This document shows positions 20,253-29,971 of a stretch of DNA of 64,000 nt, piece by piece. Under the pieces are notes generated by a model. The model made no database searches. It saw nothing but the letters and a program-made list of their open reading frames with translations, and had not been told where the DNA came from. Position 1 is the first letter of the stretch. Every line of letters starts with the position of its first letter. The position numbers were made by a program, and so were the translations under genes. The DNA is from an uncultured archaeon (GTDB lineage Archaea; Asgardarchaeota; Lokiarchaeia; Sigyniarchaeales; SOKP01), in assembly GCA_964525635.1 (NCBI GenBank), contig CAZGJX010000002.1, positions 1-64,000 on the forward strand, read 5' to 3'.

Positions 20253-21929
20253 TTAAATCAACATTTGTAGATTTAATTCTAATGCTGAAACAGGAAATTC
20301 TAATTTAAAGTTTATTAATACTTCTGGATGAATTTCTCCAATTTCTCCAATTTTTATACCTTTAAGATAAATATCTCCACATCGCCCAATAAGATATGAT
20401 GAATTTTCGTTTGGTTTAATCTCAGAATCATTATGATAACCTAATGTATTCATGATAAAATCCAAAGTTGATTTTATTTCTGTGTAATCTGCATTTTCAT
20501 GATAAGAACTTACAGCTAAATGTAATTCTCTTTTAGCCCCAGTTTCTTCGTTAGAGGATAAAGATATAACATCTCCAACTTCAAAAATTCTGATAGGTTT
20601 TTCTTCTGATCTATTGAAAAGCAGCGTCTCCATCAATTTTGGCAGTAGTGTTGTTCTTGTAGTATTATATTCCTCAGATACAGGATTTGCAATCTTTAAG
20701 ATTTTAATTTCATCTTCCTCTTGGTTCATATATCCATATTGTCTTGTTTTATTAGTTAAAATAAAATTCAATACTTCAATATATCCTGCTCCAATCATTA
20801 TAGTTCTAATTTTATTAGCAAATTTTTGAATAGGATGATATTCTCCAATACATCCTTCTCTAATTCTTTTTGGTAAATTAAAATATCCATATCCTATAGC
20901 ACATTCTTCTGTAAAATCAACAGGATGCATAATATCCCCTCGAAATGCAGGAACCCATATATCTAGATTGTCTTTCTTATTCGACTTTTTAGCATTCATT
21001 CTGACCTTTTCAAAACATTTAATCATCTCAGTAGGAGATAAATTTAATCCAATATAATCATTAACATAATTTATTGAGACTTCCCATTTTTTAGCTTCTA
21101 AATTAGGTGTTATTATCTCCTTTTCATTTTCATAATTAACTTTAACACTCTCTATTTTAGCACCCATATCTGATAATGTTGTTGAAAGAATATTCAATGC
21201 TAAATTAACTGCTTTGAAATCGGTTCCTGTTAATTCTAAAAATAAGTTTTTTGTATCATCTGTAACTGTTGTAAGAATTCCATTAATGATTGGAGGAAAT
21301 GAAATTACTTCATCTTTATTATCTAAGAGAATGGGATAAAGATCATTCCCTTCTAATATGTGTGCATATTTAATTCCTTTTTCATGATACTTTAAAATCT
21401 CATTTAAATCCATCGGTTGGCCATCTCCTTGTAATGGTATAAAATTTATTGAATCTGGTTTTACTGCTAAATATCTATATGGTGGAGTAATCTTATCAAG
21501 ATCATGTACACCAATTGCTACTTTTTTCCGATCTCTTCCAACTGCCCAGTGCAAGTGTTCTTGTATATTCATAAGAGTCGCAACCTCATCTTCATCCAGA
21601 TCAATATTTCTTATAACGCCACATACAATATATGGTCTAACCTCTTTTACAGTTGATTCTACACTCATCTTTATTTTTCCAGCTAATATCTCAAAATTTG
21701 GGATACCTAATTTAAGGTCATAATATCCCTGAAGTGCTCTTGCAATTCCTTCAGGACTAGAAAAATCTGGTCTATTAGGATTGTATTCAACCTTAATCTT
21801 TTGTTCTTCTTCATTAATATCTTCTAAATCTAAACTAATCCACTGTAAATCGTATTCCAAGTCGTTTAAAGATAATTTTTTTCCTACTAATTTTTCCAAT
21901 CTTTCAATTTTTAATTCTAATGTTGGCAT
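20253..21929 (-). CDS. pheT: Phenylalanine-tRNA ligase beta subunit (archaeal type)
   Basis: NPNRPD, QEHLH..GRDRKKVAIGVHD, SFPPIIN, GEIHPEVL. Confidence 0.96.
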   Translation of the reverse strand: MPTLELKIERLEKLVGKKLSLNDLEYDLQWISLDLEDINEEEQKIKVEYNPNRPDFSSPEGIARALQGYYDLKLGIPNFEILAGKIKMSVESTVKEVRPYIVCGVIRNIDLDEDEVATLMNIQEHLHWAVGRDRKKVAIGVHDLDKITPPYRYLAVKPDSINFIPLQGDGQPMDLNEILKYHEKGIKYAHILEGNDLYPILLDNKDEVISFPPIINGILTTVTDDTKNLFLELTGTDFKAVNLALNILSTTLSDMGAKIESVKVNYENEKEIITPNLEAKKWEVSINYVNDYIGLNLSPTEMIKCFEKVRMNAKKSNKKDNLDIWVPAFRGDIMHPVDFTEECAIGYGYFNLPKRIREGCIGEYHPIQKFANKIRTIMIGAGYIEVLNFILTNKTRQYGYMNQEEDEIKILKIANPVSEEYNTTRTTLLPKLMETLLFNRSEEKPIRIFEVGDVISLSSNEETGAKRELHLAVSSYHENADYTEIKSTLDFIMNTLGYHNDSEIKPNENSSYLIGRCGDIYLKGIKIGEIGEIHPEVLINFKLEFPVSALELNLQMLI

Positions 21930-21947
21930 TATTTAAACCTCTAATTT

Positions 21948-23486
21948 TTAATATGATTCCTCTCTTAACCATTTTATTGGATTAATATATAAATCTCTGA
22001 TATCTGCTCGTTGGAACCTAAGCATAGCTAACCTTTCAAGACCTAAACCCCAAGCAAGTACTCTAGTTGGATTCTTTATACCCCATGGATAAGTAACCTC
22101 TGGTCTGAAAATCCCTGAGCCTCCCATTTCCAACCATTCTCCTAATTTATCATAATATACTGATATCTCCATACTGGGCTCTGTATATGGAAAGAATCCT
22201 GGACGTGTGATAATCTTTTCAAAACCCATTTTTTTATAAAATTCAGAAATAATTCCAATTAAATCACATAAAGTTACGTTCTCATCAATAACAATTCCCT
22301 CAATTTGCGTAAATTCAGCTAAATGAGATTTATCTACTTTTTCATTCCTAAAGACACGATCAATAGAGAATACTTTTATAGGAGGTTTTTCATTATTTTT
22401 ATAATACTCCGAAAGTCTACGGATTGTTGTTGCTGTTGTATGGGTTCTCAATAGAGTTTTCTTTGCAATATCCTCGTCCCAATTATAACCCCAACCAATA
22501 GATCCTGAATTCCCTCCATTTTCATGAGTATCTCTTATAGCCTGAATAGAACTTTTTTGTGGTAATTTTGATTCTTTTGGATTATTTAAATAAAATGTGT
22601 CATGTAATTCTCTTGCAGGATGATCTTGGGGTTGAAATAAAGCATCAAAATTGAAGAAAGCACTTTCAACAATTGGACCTCTAATTTCTGTAAAGCCCAT
22701 TGATAAGAAAATCTCTCTAATTTCATTAATAAAGTTTATCATTGGATGGATTTTTCCACTTTGTAATAATGGACCTGGTTTTGAAATATCAAATGGTTTT
22801 AAGTCACAATCTTTCCAGCTACCAGATAATATCATTTCTGAAGTTAATTTACTTACTTGTTTTAATTCTTGAATTTTAGATAATGATATTTTTTTTCCTT
22901 TCTCAGTTAGATATATTTTTCTTTGGATTTTTTTTTCCTTTTTTATTAATTGCCTTTTATTGAGTAAATCAAAAAATTCCTTCTCTTTTTCTAAAATCTT
23001 ATCATAATCGACTTTTGTATCAGTTTTAAATCTCATTAAGAAACCTTCTAATTCAGTCTCGGGATATTTTTCTTCAATAGGGAAAATTTTAGACCCCGCA
23101 GATGCGTTACTTTGAGCTATCCATTTGTTTTTCTTCATATATGAGATTCCAATATAAAATAATTTCTTATTAAAATTAGAGAGTTTTAGAAAATCTTGTA
23201 ATGTTATTTCTTTAATATCTTCTTTTAATAATATATTAAGTAATTGTCTTTCTGGAAGACCATTTTTTAAATAAAATTTCCCTTCTTTATTTAGTAATAT
23301 TTGATTTATTATCTCTTCTTTGAAATCTCCAAGAGTATTCTTCTTTAATTCATTAATAGCAGACATTAATACAATATAATCGATATTTAATTCATTTGCA
23401 AATTCAGATGCTACAATTAAATCGGTCTTTTTATTCTTAAGTTCTTTTAAGATGTTTATTGTCTGCTTTTCTAGTTTTATTGTCAT
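21948..23486 (-). CDS. pheS: Phenylalanine-tRNA ligase alpha subunit (archaeal type)
   Basis: NFDALFQPQDHPARE, LRTHTT, FRNE, FPYTEPS, WGLGLERL. Confidence 0.97.
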   Translation of the reverse strand: MTIKLEKQTINILKELKNKKTDLIVASEFANELNIDYIVLMSAINELKKNTLGDFKEEIINQILLNKEGKFYLKNGLPERQLLNILLKEDIKEITLQDFLKLSNFNKKLFYIGISYMKKNKWIAQSNASAGSKIFPIEEKYPETELEGFLMRFKTDTKVDYDKILEKEKEFFDLLNKRQLIKKEKKIQRKIYLTEKGKKISLSKIQELKQVSKLTSEMILSGSWKDCDLKPFDISKPGPLLQSGKIHPMINFINEIREIFLSMGFTEIRGPIVESAFFNFDALFQPQDHPARELHDTFYLNNPKESKLPQKSSIQAIRDTHENGGNSGSIGWGYNWDEDIAKKTLLRTHTTATTIRRLSEYYKNNEKPPIKVFSIDRVFRNEKVDKSHLAEFTQIEGIVIDENVTLCDLIGIISEFYKKMGFEKIITRPGFFPYTEPSMEISVYYDKLGEWLEMGGSGIFRPEVTYPWGIKNPTRVLAWGLGLERLAMLRFQRADIRDLYINPIKWLREESY

Positions 23487-23678
23487 TTTATAAGATTATA
23501 TTTATTCTAAATCTAGGTATATTCTTTCTAAATTATCAATTTATTTAAATTTTTTGCTATAAATGCGTCTATCTTTAATTAGATTGGATATAAATTGAAT
23601 TATCTTTGACTAGGATTATTTTAAATTTGAAATATTGAAATTATTAAGTTTTAATTACGATATTACTATAATTTGCAA

Positions 23679-23710
23679 CCAAGAGAATGATCTTAAATTC
23701 AATCTCTTGG
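23679..23710. promoter_or_regulatory. Inverted repeat/stem-loop upstream of pheS
   Basis: ccaagagaatga-N8-tcaatctcttgg, with 11 of 12 positions complementary. Confidence 0.5.
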
Positions 23711-23755
23711 CGGAATAAAGAATTTAAAGAAAGTTATATCTTGAACTGAATTAAT

Positions 23756-23806
23756 TTAGAAATTAACACCTTTCGAAAAAAAAACTATATTCAATTCGAA
23801 ATACAT
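23756..23806 (-). CDS. Candidate Phe-rich leader peptide MYFELNIVFFSKGVNF
   Basis: Manually translated 16-aa ORF with 4 Phe and 1 Tyr, upstream of pheS-pheT-pheA. Translation is unproven. Confidence 0.3.
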   Translation of the reverse strand: MYFELNIVFFSKGVNF

Positions 23807-23863
23807 TTATACTTATCAAGGAAATTAATAAATTCTCTTGAAAAATTTTTTCAATAAATCAGA

Positions 23864-24316
23864 TTATTTAATTAGATTTATTCTAATACTAGTAGAACTT
23901 ATTTTTTCATTCCTTTCATTTTTTATATCAGGAATTACGATAATTATTAACAGTTTAAATCCTTTTTTTTTCCTTATTTCATTTATTTCCAAAGCATTCT
24001 TATAAGTTTCTCCACTAACAACTATTCCTTCAAAATCTTCATCATTTATAGGAGGACCATAAGGAGTATCTAATTCTATTATCTCTACCTTATTTAAATT
24101 TGTTATAGTTTTAATGTATCCTTCTATTTTTTCTTTTCGAGTCTTATAACTTTCGATTTTTGATACATATCTTTTATTTATCAATAATTCATCGGTTGCT
24201 AGACCTATAACAACTTTTTTTGAGAAATCTAAAGCTGTTTTAATTAAAAATTTATGTCCTTCATGAAGATGATCAAAAGTTCCCCCTATACCTACCAAAT
24301 CTAAAATTTTAATCAC
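23864..24316 (-). CDS. coaD: Phosphopantetheine adenylyltransferase (archaeal type)
   Basis: GGTFDHLHEGH, DTPYGP, IVVSGET, KISSTSIR. Confidence 0.9.
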   Translation of the reverse strand: MIKILDLVGIGGTFDHLHEGHKFLIKTALDFSKKVVIGLATDELLINKRYVSKIESYKTRKEKIEGYIKTITNLNKVEIIELDTPYGPPINDEDFEGIVVSGETYKNALEINEIRKKKGFKLLIIIVIPDIKNERNEKISSTSIRINLIK

Positions 24317-24368
24317 CTTTTTTAAAAATGAAGGAATCTAAAAAGAATTAAAGAAATATATTTTCAAA

Positions 24369-24791
24369 TCAAGAATTTTTTATGGATATATTTTCTTTTT
24401 CATTGGAAATTGTTGAACCTTTTAATTTTATACAGTAAATTTGAGTTATTTCCATGGAATTATAACATTTATCACAATTTTCAATTTTTTTATAAACATA
24501 ATCTCCTTCTTCATAATGCCTTACTTTTGTAATATTACATTTTTTGCATTTTGTAATTGTTAAGGTTTGTCTCTTTGGTTCAGAAGGTTCACTTTGTATT
24601 TGCAATAAACTACTTCCAAAACAAATAAATGTGAAGCCTATGATATATTTATAAGCGTCATTCTCAATGATTGGACTGATAATAAATACTCCTCCTAAAA
24701 TTATGAAAATTATAATAACAACATGTTTTAATACTTTCTTCCAAGATATCTTATTATTTAAGATATCATCTTCATTTTCTTCTTCAATCAT
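24369..24791 (-). CDS. Two-TM membrane protein with C-terminal Zn ribbon
   Basis: Two hydrophobic helices followed by CKKC...GDYVYK...CDKC. Confidence 0.75.
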   Translation of the reverse strand: MIEEENEDDILNNKISWKKVLKHVVIIIFIILGGVFIISPIIENDAYKYIIGFTFICFGSSLLQIQSEPSEPKRQTLTITKCKKCNITKVRHYEEGDYVYKKIENCDKCYNSMEITQIYCIKLKGSTISNEKENISIKNS

Positions 24792-24916
24792 ACAATATAT
24801 ACGCTATAGTTTCTCTTTATCTTATAATAGAAAAGATTATATGATTAAATAAATTTTGTTATTATAAAAAGATACAATTCATATTTGAATTTTAAAAAAG
24901 GTTAAGGATAATAAAT

Positions 24917-26071
24917 ATGATTATTCAATTGATGGGGCTATTTGGTGGTGGTGATAGTACAGATCCAGTGGGATTAACAATTAATCTATTGTTCTTTGGA
25001 TTTTTCATCATAATGATGTTTTATGCACAAAAATTACAAGCGTGGCAAGCAAGTAAGCAAATTCAAGCAGCTTTAGAAAAATTAGAAACTTGGGATGAAG
25101 AAAGTAAACAAATTCTACTAATTCAATATAGCAAATTTTCAGATGAAAAAGAAACAGATAAAGATATTATGATGAAACTTGAGGATCTTATGACATTTGT
25201 AACAATCGGTCCCGTAGATCTTGATCCTTATGGTATAATTCCTAAATTTGATCATATTGTCGATGTTAGAAATAATCGTTTTGAGAATGAAGTTATGAAA
25301 ATAGCTACCAAAGCAAATGATGTTCAATGTCAAAATCTTGAAAATTTGTTGGAAGCTGCTATGGCTGTTAATTTGATTTATCGTTTAATAAAGCATTATT
25401 TAATTTTAGGAAAGAAGTCTAAATCTATGATTTTATTAATGTCAATCTCTATGCAACTTAATATTATTATGGGTTTGGCTAAGTCTTATTATAATGCAGC
25501 AAAAGCTTTCTCGGAGGGAAGTCCAATAGGTGATGGACTAGGTCCAATGGTTGTAGGAAGTTTGATAAGAGAAATAGTAAAAGATGTCGATATACCCCCT
25601 ATTGATATAGCTAAACAGACTATCTATCAAGAACTTGATTTTGAAGGAAGAACATTATTTGTTCTTAGAGCCAAAGGTCCCGGTGGAACTGTTGGAAAAC
25701 CAGGAACTGCCATGAAAAAATTAGTTGAAAAATATAGTGATTCAATATCACTTATAATTACTATTGATGCAGGTCTTAAGTTTGAAGGAGAAAAAACAGG
25801 TTCTGTTGTAATAGGAGTTGGTGCTGCTATTGGAGGGATTGGTATAGAAAAATATTATATGGAAGAATCATCAACAGGAAAGTCAATACCTATTGAAGCA
25901 TTGATCTGCAAACAATCTTTAGAAGATGCGATTACTACTATGAATCGTTCAATAACTCAATCTGTTCCAAAAATAGTAGAAAAAATAAAAACAGCTATAA
26001 GAGAACGTACTAAGGAAGGAACAAAAGTAATTATAGCAGGTATTGGAAATACTATTGGTATTGGAGTATAA
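24917..26071 (+). CDS. DUF1512-like membrane-anchored protein
   Basis: N-terminal TM, PVDLDPYGI, PIGDGLGP, GPGGTVGKPG, IDAGLKFEGE, C-terminal GIGNTIGIG. Confidence 0.8.
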   Translation: MIIQLMGLFGGGDSTDPVGLTINLLFFGFFIIMMFYAQKLQAWQASKQIQAALEKLETWDEESKQILLIQYSKFSDEKETDKDIMMKLEDLMTFVTIGPVDLDPYGIIPKFDHIVDVRNNRFENEVMKIATKANDVQCQNLENLLEAAMAVNLIYRLIKHYLILGKKSKSMILLMSISMQLNIIMGLAKSYYNAAKAFSEGSPIGDGLGPMVVGSLIREIVKDVDIPPIDIAKQTIYQELDFEGRTLFVLRAKGPGGTVGKPGTAMKKLVEKYSDSISLIITIDAGLKFEGEKTGSVVIGVGAAIGGIGIEKYYMEESSTGKSIPIEALICKQSLEDAITTMNRSITQSVPKIVEKIKTAIRERTKEGTKVIIAGIGNTIGIGV

Positions 26072-26213
26072 TCTTATCTCTTCAAAATCTCTTTTCTCTA
26101 ATATTATTTTATAAAAAACAGCTCAATTTTTAGATTTTAATTGATTAAATTATTAATTTTCCTTTAATAATATTCATTTGGAATATGTTTAATTGGATTA
26201 TAGATTGTTGATT

Positions 26214-27014
26214 ATGATTTCAAGCAAAAAAGAATTAGAAATAATAAAAGATAAAGAAGTCTTTTTTTTTGATTTGGATGGAACAATATATTTGGGAAAT
26301 AAACTATTTGATAAAGTCCTTGATTTAGTTAATATATTAAAAAGTAGAAAAGATACAAAATTTTTTTTCTTATCAAATAATTCGAGTAAATCAACTTATG
26401 ATTATTTAACAAAATTAAATAATTACAATTTAGATATAACTATCGATAACATCATTCTATCACAACATCCTGTTATATATTACTTAAAAAATGAAGGTTA
26501 TAAGAAAATCTTTTTAATGGGAACTACTTCATTAAAGGAAGAATTCAAAAAAGAAGGTTTTCAATTGACTGAAGAAATCCCTGAAATTTTAATATTAGCT
26601 TTTGATCAAGAATTAACTTATGAAAGACTTGTAAAAGCATCAAGATTTCTGGAAAATGATATTCCGTATATTGCAACTCATCTAGATGATAGATGTCCAA
26701 CTGAAAATGGATATATTCCAGATGCAGGGGGATTTGCATCTCTTTTATACAAAACTACAGAAAGAATGCCAAGAGTTTTTGGAAAACCCAATAAAGAAAT
26801 GTTATTATTTAAACTTCAAAAATTAGGAATTTCTCCCAAAAAAGCTATTATGTTTGGAGATAGACTTTATACTGATATAAAGATGGGTATAAATTCCGGT
26901 ATTACGACCTGTTGTGTTCTCTCAGGTGAAACTAACCTCGATATGATTCAAGTAAGTGAAAATAAACCAGATCTAGTAATTGAAGGTGTCTGGAACTTAT
27001 TAGATATATTATAA
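26214..27014 (+). CDS. HAD-IIA (NagD-like) phosphatase
   Basis: FDLDGT, LSNNS, GKP, GDRLYTDI. Confidence 0.92.
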   Translation: MISSKKELEIIKDKEVFFFDLDGTIYLGNKLFDKVLDLVNILKSRKDTKFFFLSNNSSKSTYDYLTKLNNYNLDITIDNIILSQHPVIYYLKNEGYKKIFLMGTTSLKEEFKKEGFQLTEEIPEILILAFDQELTYERLVKASRFLENDIPYIATHLDDRCPTENGYIPDAGGFASLLYKTTERMPRVFGKPNKEMLLFKLQKLGISPKKAIMFGDRLYTDIKMGINSGITTCCVLSGETNLDMIQVSENKPDLVIEGVWNLLDIL

Positions 27015-27105
27015 TAAAATTATGTTTTTAATCCTCTTTTTAGGCAGAAAATAAATCATTTTTTACAATATCTATTTATATTTTTTACTAAATGTTAAAT
27101 TTAAT

Positions 27106-27143
27106 AAGCTTTGCACTATCATGCACTCTGTGATACAAAGCTT
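27106..27143. promoter_or_regulatory. Palindromic operator candidate upstream of the membrane/membrane/wHTH operon
   Basis: Perfect 8-bp arms aagctttg...caaagctt, with an inner imperfect palindrome actctgtgatacaaag. Confidence 0.45.
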
Positions 27144-27223
27144 TAAATATTAATTTTTATTATTACATCTTAAGAAATATTATTAGAAAATATTAGAAAC
27201 TTTAATTTTAATTAGAGAAATAT

Positions 27224-27904
27224 ATGATAGAGCAAAAAGATTTAAAGAAAATTGAAGAAATCGCATGGAAATCCAATTTTGAACATGGTTTATGGGATAT
27301 GTTATATGGGATTTTTTTAATTATGACTATATTAATTAATTATTTAATGTTTTTTATGTATGATATAATTGATATAGCTAGTGAATATGTTCCCTTAATT
27401 TCTATAATTCTTGTTTTGAGTATTATCTTTGCAATAGGTTTTCTTTTTAGATATTTATACGGATTGGTAGGTGTACCAAGAGTGGGATATGTAAAATATA
27501 GCCTAAAACGTAAGAGATTCTTATATATAACTATAATTGGATTATTATTATACTTTATTTTTGTTTATATCTATGTAATCTACATATTTAACCTAATAGA
27601 GGAGAATCTAAATATAAAATATCTTATTTATATTTTACCTTTAATAAATGGTTTAATTATTTATATTATTCCTACTTGCATTGTTGCTTATTTTCTTGCA
27701 TTCAAAAGATTATACGTATATGGATTATTTGCAGGATTAGTGGAACTAATTAATGAACTTCTATTCGATATATTTGATACATTCTATTATTTTAGGGATT
27801 TATTAATGTCAATAGTTGGTTTATTTATTATTAGTATTGGATTCATATTTTTTATTGTATTCCTCAAGAAGTACCCAAAAACAAACAAAAAGGGAGAGAA
27901 ATGA
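27224..27904 (+). CDS. Multi-TM membrane protein, paralog 1
   Basis: About six TM segments; shares WKSNFxHGLWD, RVGxVKY and FLKKYPK with the next gene. Confidence 0.8.
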   Translation: MIEQKDLKKIEEIAWKSNFEHGLWDMLYGIFLIMTILINYLMFFMYDIIDIASEYVPLISIILVLSIIFAIGFLFRYLYGLVGVPRVGYVKYSLKRKRFLYITIIGLLLYFIFVYIYVIYIFNLIEENLNIKYLIYILPLINGLIIYIIPTCIVAYFLAFKRLYVYGLFAGLVELINELLFDIFDTFYYFRDLLMSIVGLFIISIGFIFFIVFLKKYPKTNKKGEK

Positions 27905-28557
27905 TAGAGGTAAAATTTTTAAAAAAAATGGAAAAAAAAATCTGGAAATCAAATTTTAAACATGGATTATGGGATATATTATTTGGTACAATATTAATTA
28001 TCCTTATCCCAACTCACTATTTTATTGGTAATATTGCTTTAAGAATAACTATGGGTCATCATTCATTTATTTTTTGGTACGTTTTTCTTGGTTTTTCTTG
28101 TTTAACTGGATTATGTATTTTGTTTAAATATTTAAGTGATACCTTGATTTCTGAAAGGGTTGGATTTGTGAAATATAGAGCAAATCGTAAAATAATATTG
28201 AAAAAGATGATAATTTTATGCATAATTTATCTAGGAGTTATTCTTTTGTTCTTTGGATATATTTATACAAAACTTATATATCCCATAATGGGAAATGATC
28301 GATTTTTTAATGCTATTTGTGCAGGTTTAATGATATTTCTTATTCCCTGTAGTATTACCGCTTATTTAATTGAATTTAAAAAGCTGTATATATATGGATT
28401 ATTAACAGCAATAGGTACCTTAGTTAATGAAATCTTTGGATATTTTATAGGTAAATCCTATCCATTTTTAATATTATTAATAATTGGTTCAATAATTGTC
28501 TGTATAGGAATTTTAATATTTATAAGATTCCTTAAGAAATATCCAAAATCAGTATGA
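27901..28557 (+). CDS. Multi-TM membrane protein, paralog 2
   Basis: Tandem paralog with a 4-nt ATGA overlap. Confidence 0.8.
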   Translation: MIEVKFLKKMEKKIWKSNFKHGLWDILFGTILIILIPTHYFIGNIALRITMGHHSFIFWYVFLGFSCLTGLCILFKYLSDTLISERVGFVKYRANRKIILKKMIILCIIYLGVILLFFGYIYTKLIYPIMGNDRFFNAICAGLMIFLIPCSITAYLIEFKKLYIYGLLTAIGTLVNEIFGYFIGKSYPFLILLIIGSIIVCIGILIFIRFLKKYPKSV

Positions 28558-28902
28558 GTGATATTAATGAAAAATAATAAAGATGAAATTAAGAATAGCT
28601 TACCAACAATGGATGATTTTGATAAGATTATTCATGAACCTGCTCGCTTATTAATTTTATCAATTCTATATGTGTTGGAAAGCGCAGATTTCGTCTTTAT
28701 TAAAAATCAGACAAAATTAACAGATGGAAATTTATCTTCTCATTTAAGCAAACTTGAGGTGGTTGAGTTCATAGATGCTCAAAAAAAATTTATAGGAAAA
28801 AAACCAATAACAATTCTCAAGCTTTCTCAAAAAGGTAGAAGTGCATTTGAGAAATATAAAAAAAAAATGGTGTATTTTTTAAATAGCTTGAATAGGAGAT
28901 AA
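28558..28902 (+). CDS. Winged-helix transcriptional regulator (HTH_34-like)
   Basis: DKIIHEPARLLIL, LTDGNLSSHLSKLE, KKFIGKKP, GRSAF. The start may be ATG at 28567. Confidence 0.9.
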   Translation: MILMKNNKDEIKNSLPTMDDFDKIIHEPARLLILSILYVLESADFVFIKNQTKLTDGNLSSHLSKLEVVEFIDAQKKFIGKKPITILKLSQKGRSAFEKYKKKMVYFLNSLNRR

Positions 28903-29000
28903 TATTTTTATTTGTAAATAATTGGTTAGATTTTTAATCTTCTCTTTACTTTTTAAAAATTATCTTATTAATACAAATAAAATTCTTTAAATGTGGAAAA

Positions 29001-29793
29001 ATGAAATTAAAAAATAAAGTTGCTTTAGTTACTGGTGGTACTTTAGGTTATAAAGATAGTGGCCCTTCAATTGGAAGTGCTATAGCAATAAAGTTTGCAA
29101 TAGAGGGTGCTAAAGTGGTTGTTATAGATATTCTGGAAGAAATGGGTCAAAAAACAATAGCTCTTATTAAAAAAATAGTGGAAAAGGATTCTTCATTAGA
29201 GCAGATGTTTTAAATGAAACTGAAGTAAAAAATACAAATATTAAAGTTAAAGAAAAATATGGGCAATTACATATATTGGTAAATTGTGCTAACTCATATG
29301 AAGGAAATATTTCTAAAAATATTGTTGATATATCAATAGAAGATTGGAAAAGAACTATAGAAGTTAATTTAAATGGATATTTTTTATTTTCAAAATTCGC
29401 CATTCCCCTAATTTCAAAAGGCAATGGTGGATCTATAAATAATATATCATCCTGCGCCGATTTTAAAGTATTAAAGGATTACTGTGTATATCCTGTTACT
29501 ATAGCAGCTATGAATGCTTTAACCCGATCATTAGCGATTTATTTTGCTCCTCAAATTCGATCTGCCCAGGATTTGTAAGAATTGCTAATTCAGAAGGAGA
29601 TCGAAGTCCTGAAGAAATTCAGGAATGGTTAAATAAAATATCAAATACTTATCCCCCCCAAAGACGTGTCTGTATTATTGAAGAAATTGCTAATATTGCC
29701 TAATTTTTAGCAAGTAGTGATTCATCTTTCATAAATGGCGAATGTATTATTGTTGATGGTGGAAGAATCATATCTGATACACATACTTTTTGA
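29001..29793 (+). pseudogene. Short-chain dehydrogenase/reductase pseudogene
   Basis: KVALVTGG start; frameshift in an A-run near 29170; YxxxK reads YPVTI; deletion before CPGFV (~29560); in-frame TAA at 29701 before FLAS...INGECIIVDGG. Confidence 0.88.
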
Positions 29794-29971
29794 TATTATA
29801 TTATAAATCCATTTAATTTGGAGTCAAAAATCTTAAGGAACAATAATATTATTCTTTTTCTTTTTTTCTATGTATATTCTTAAAATTTTTCAATTAAATA
29901 TTCAATTTTGGACTATATCACTTTATATAATATCAAATATTTTTATTATATATTGAAATCTTAAATGAAGA

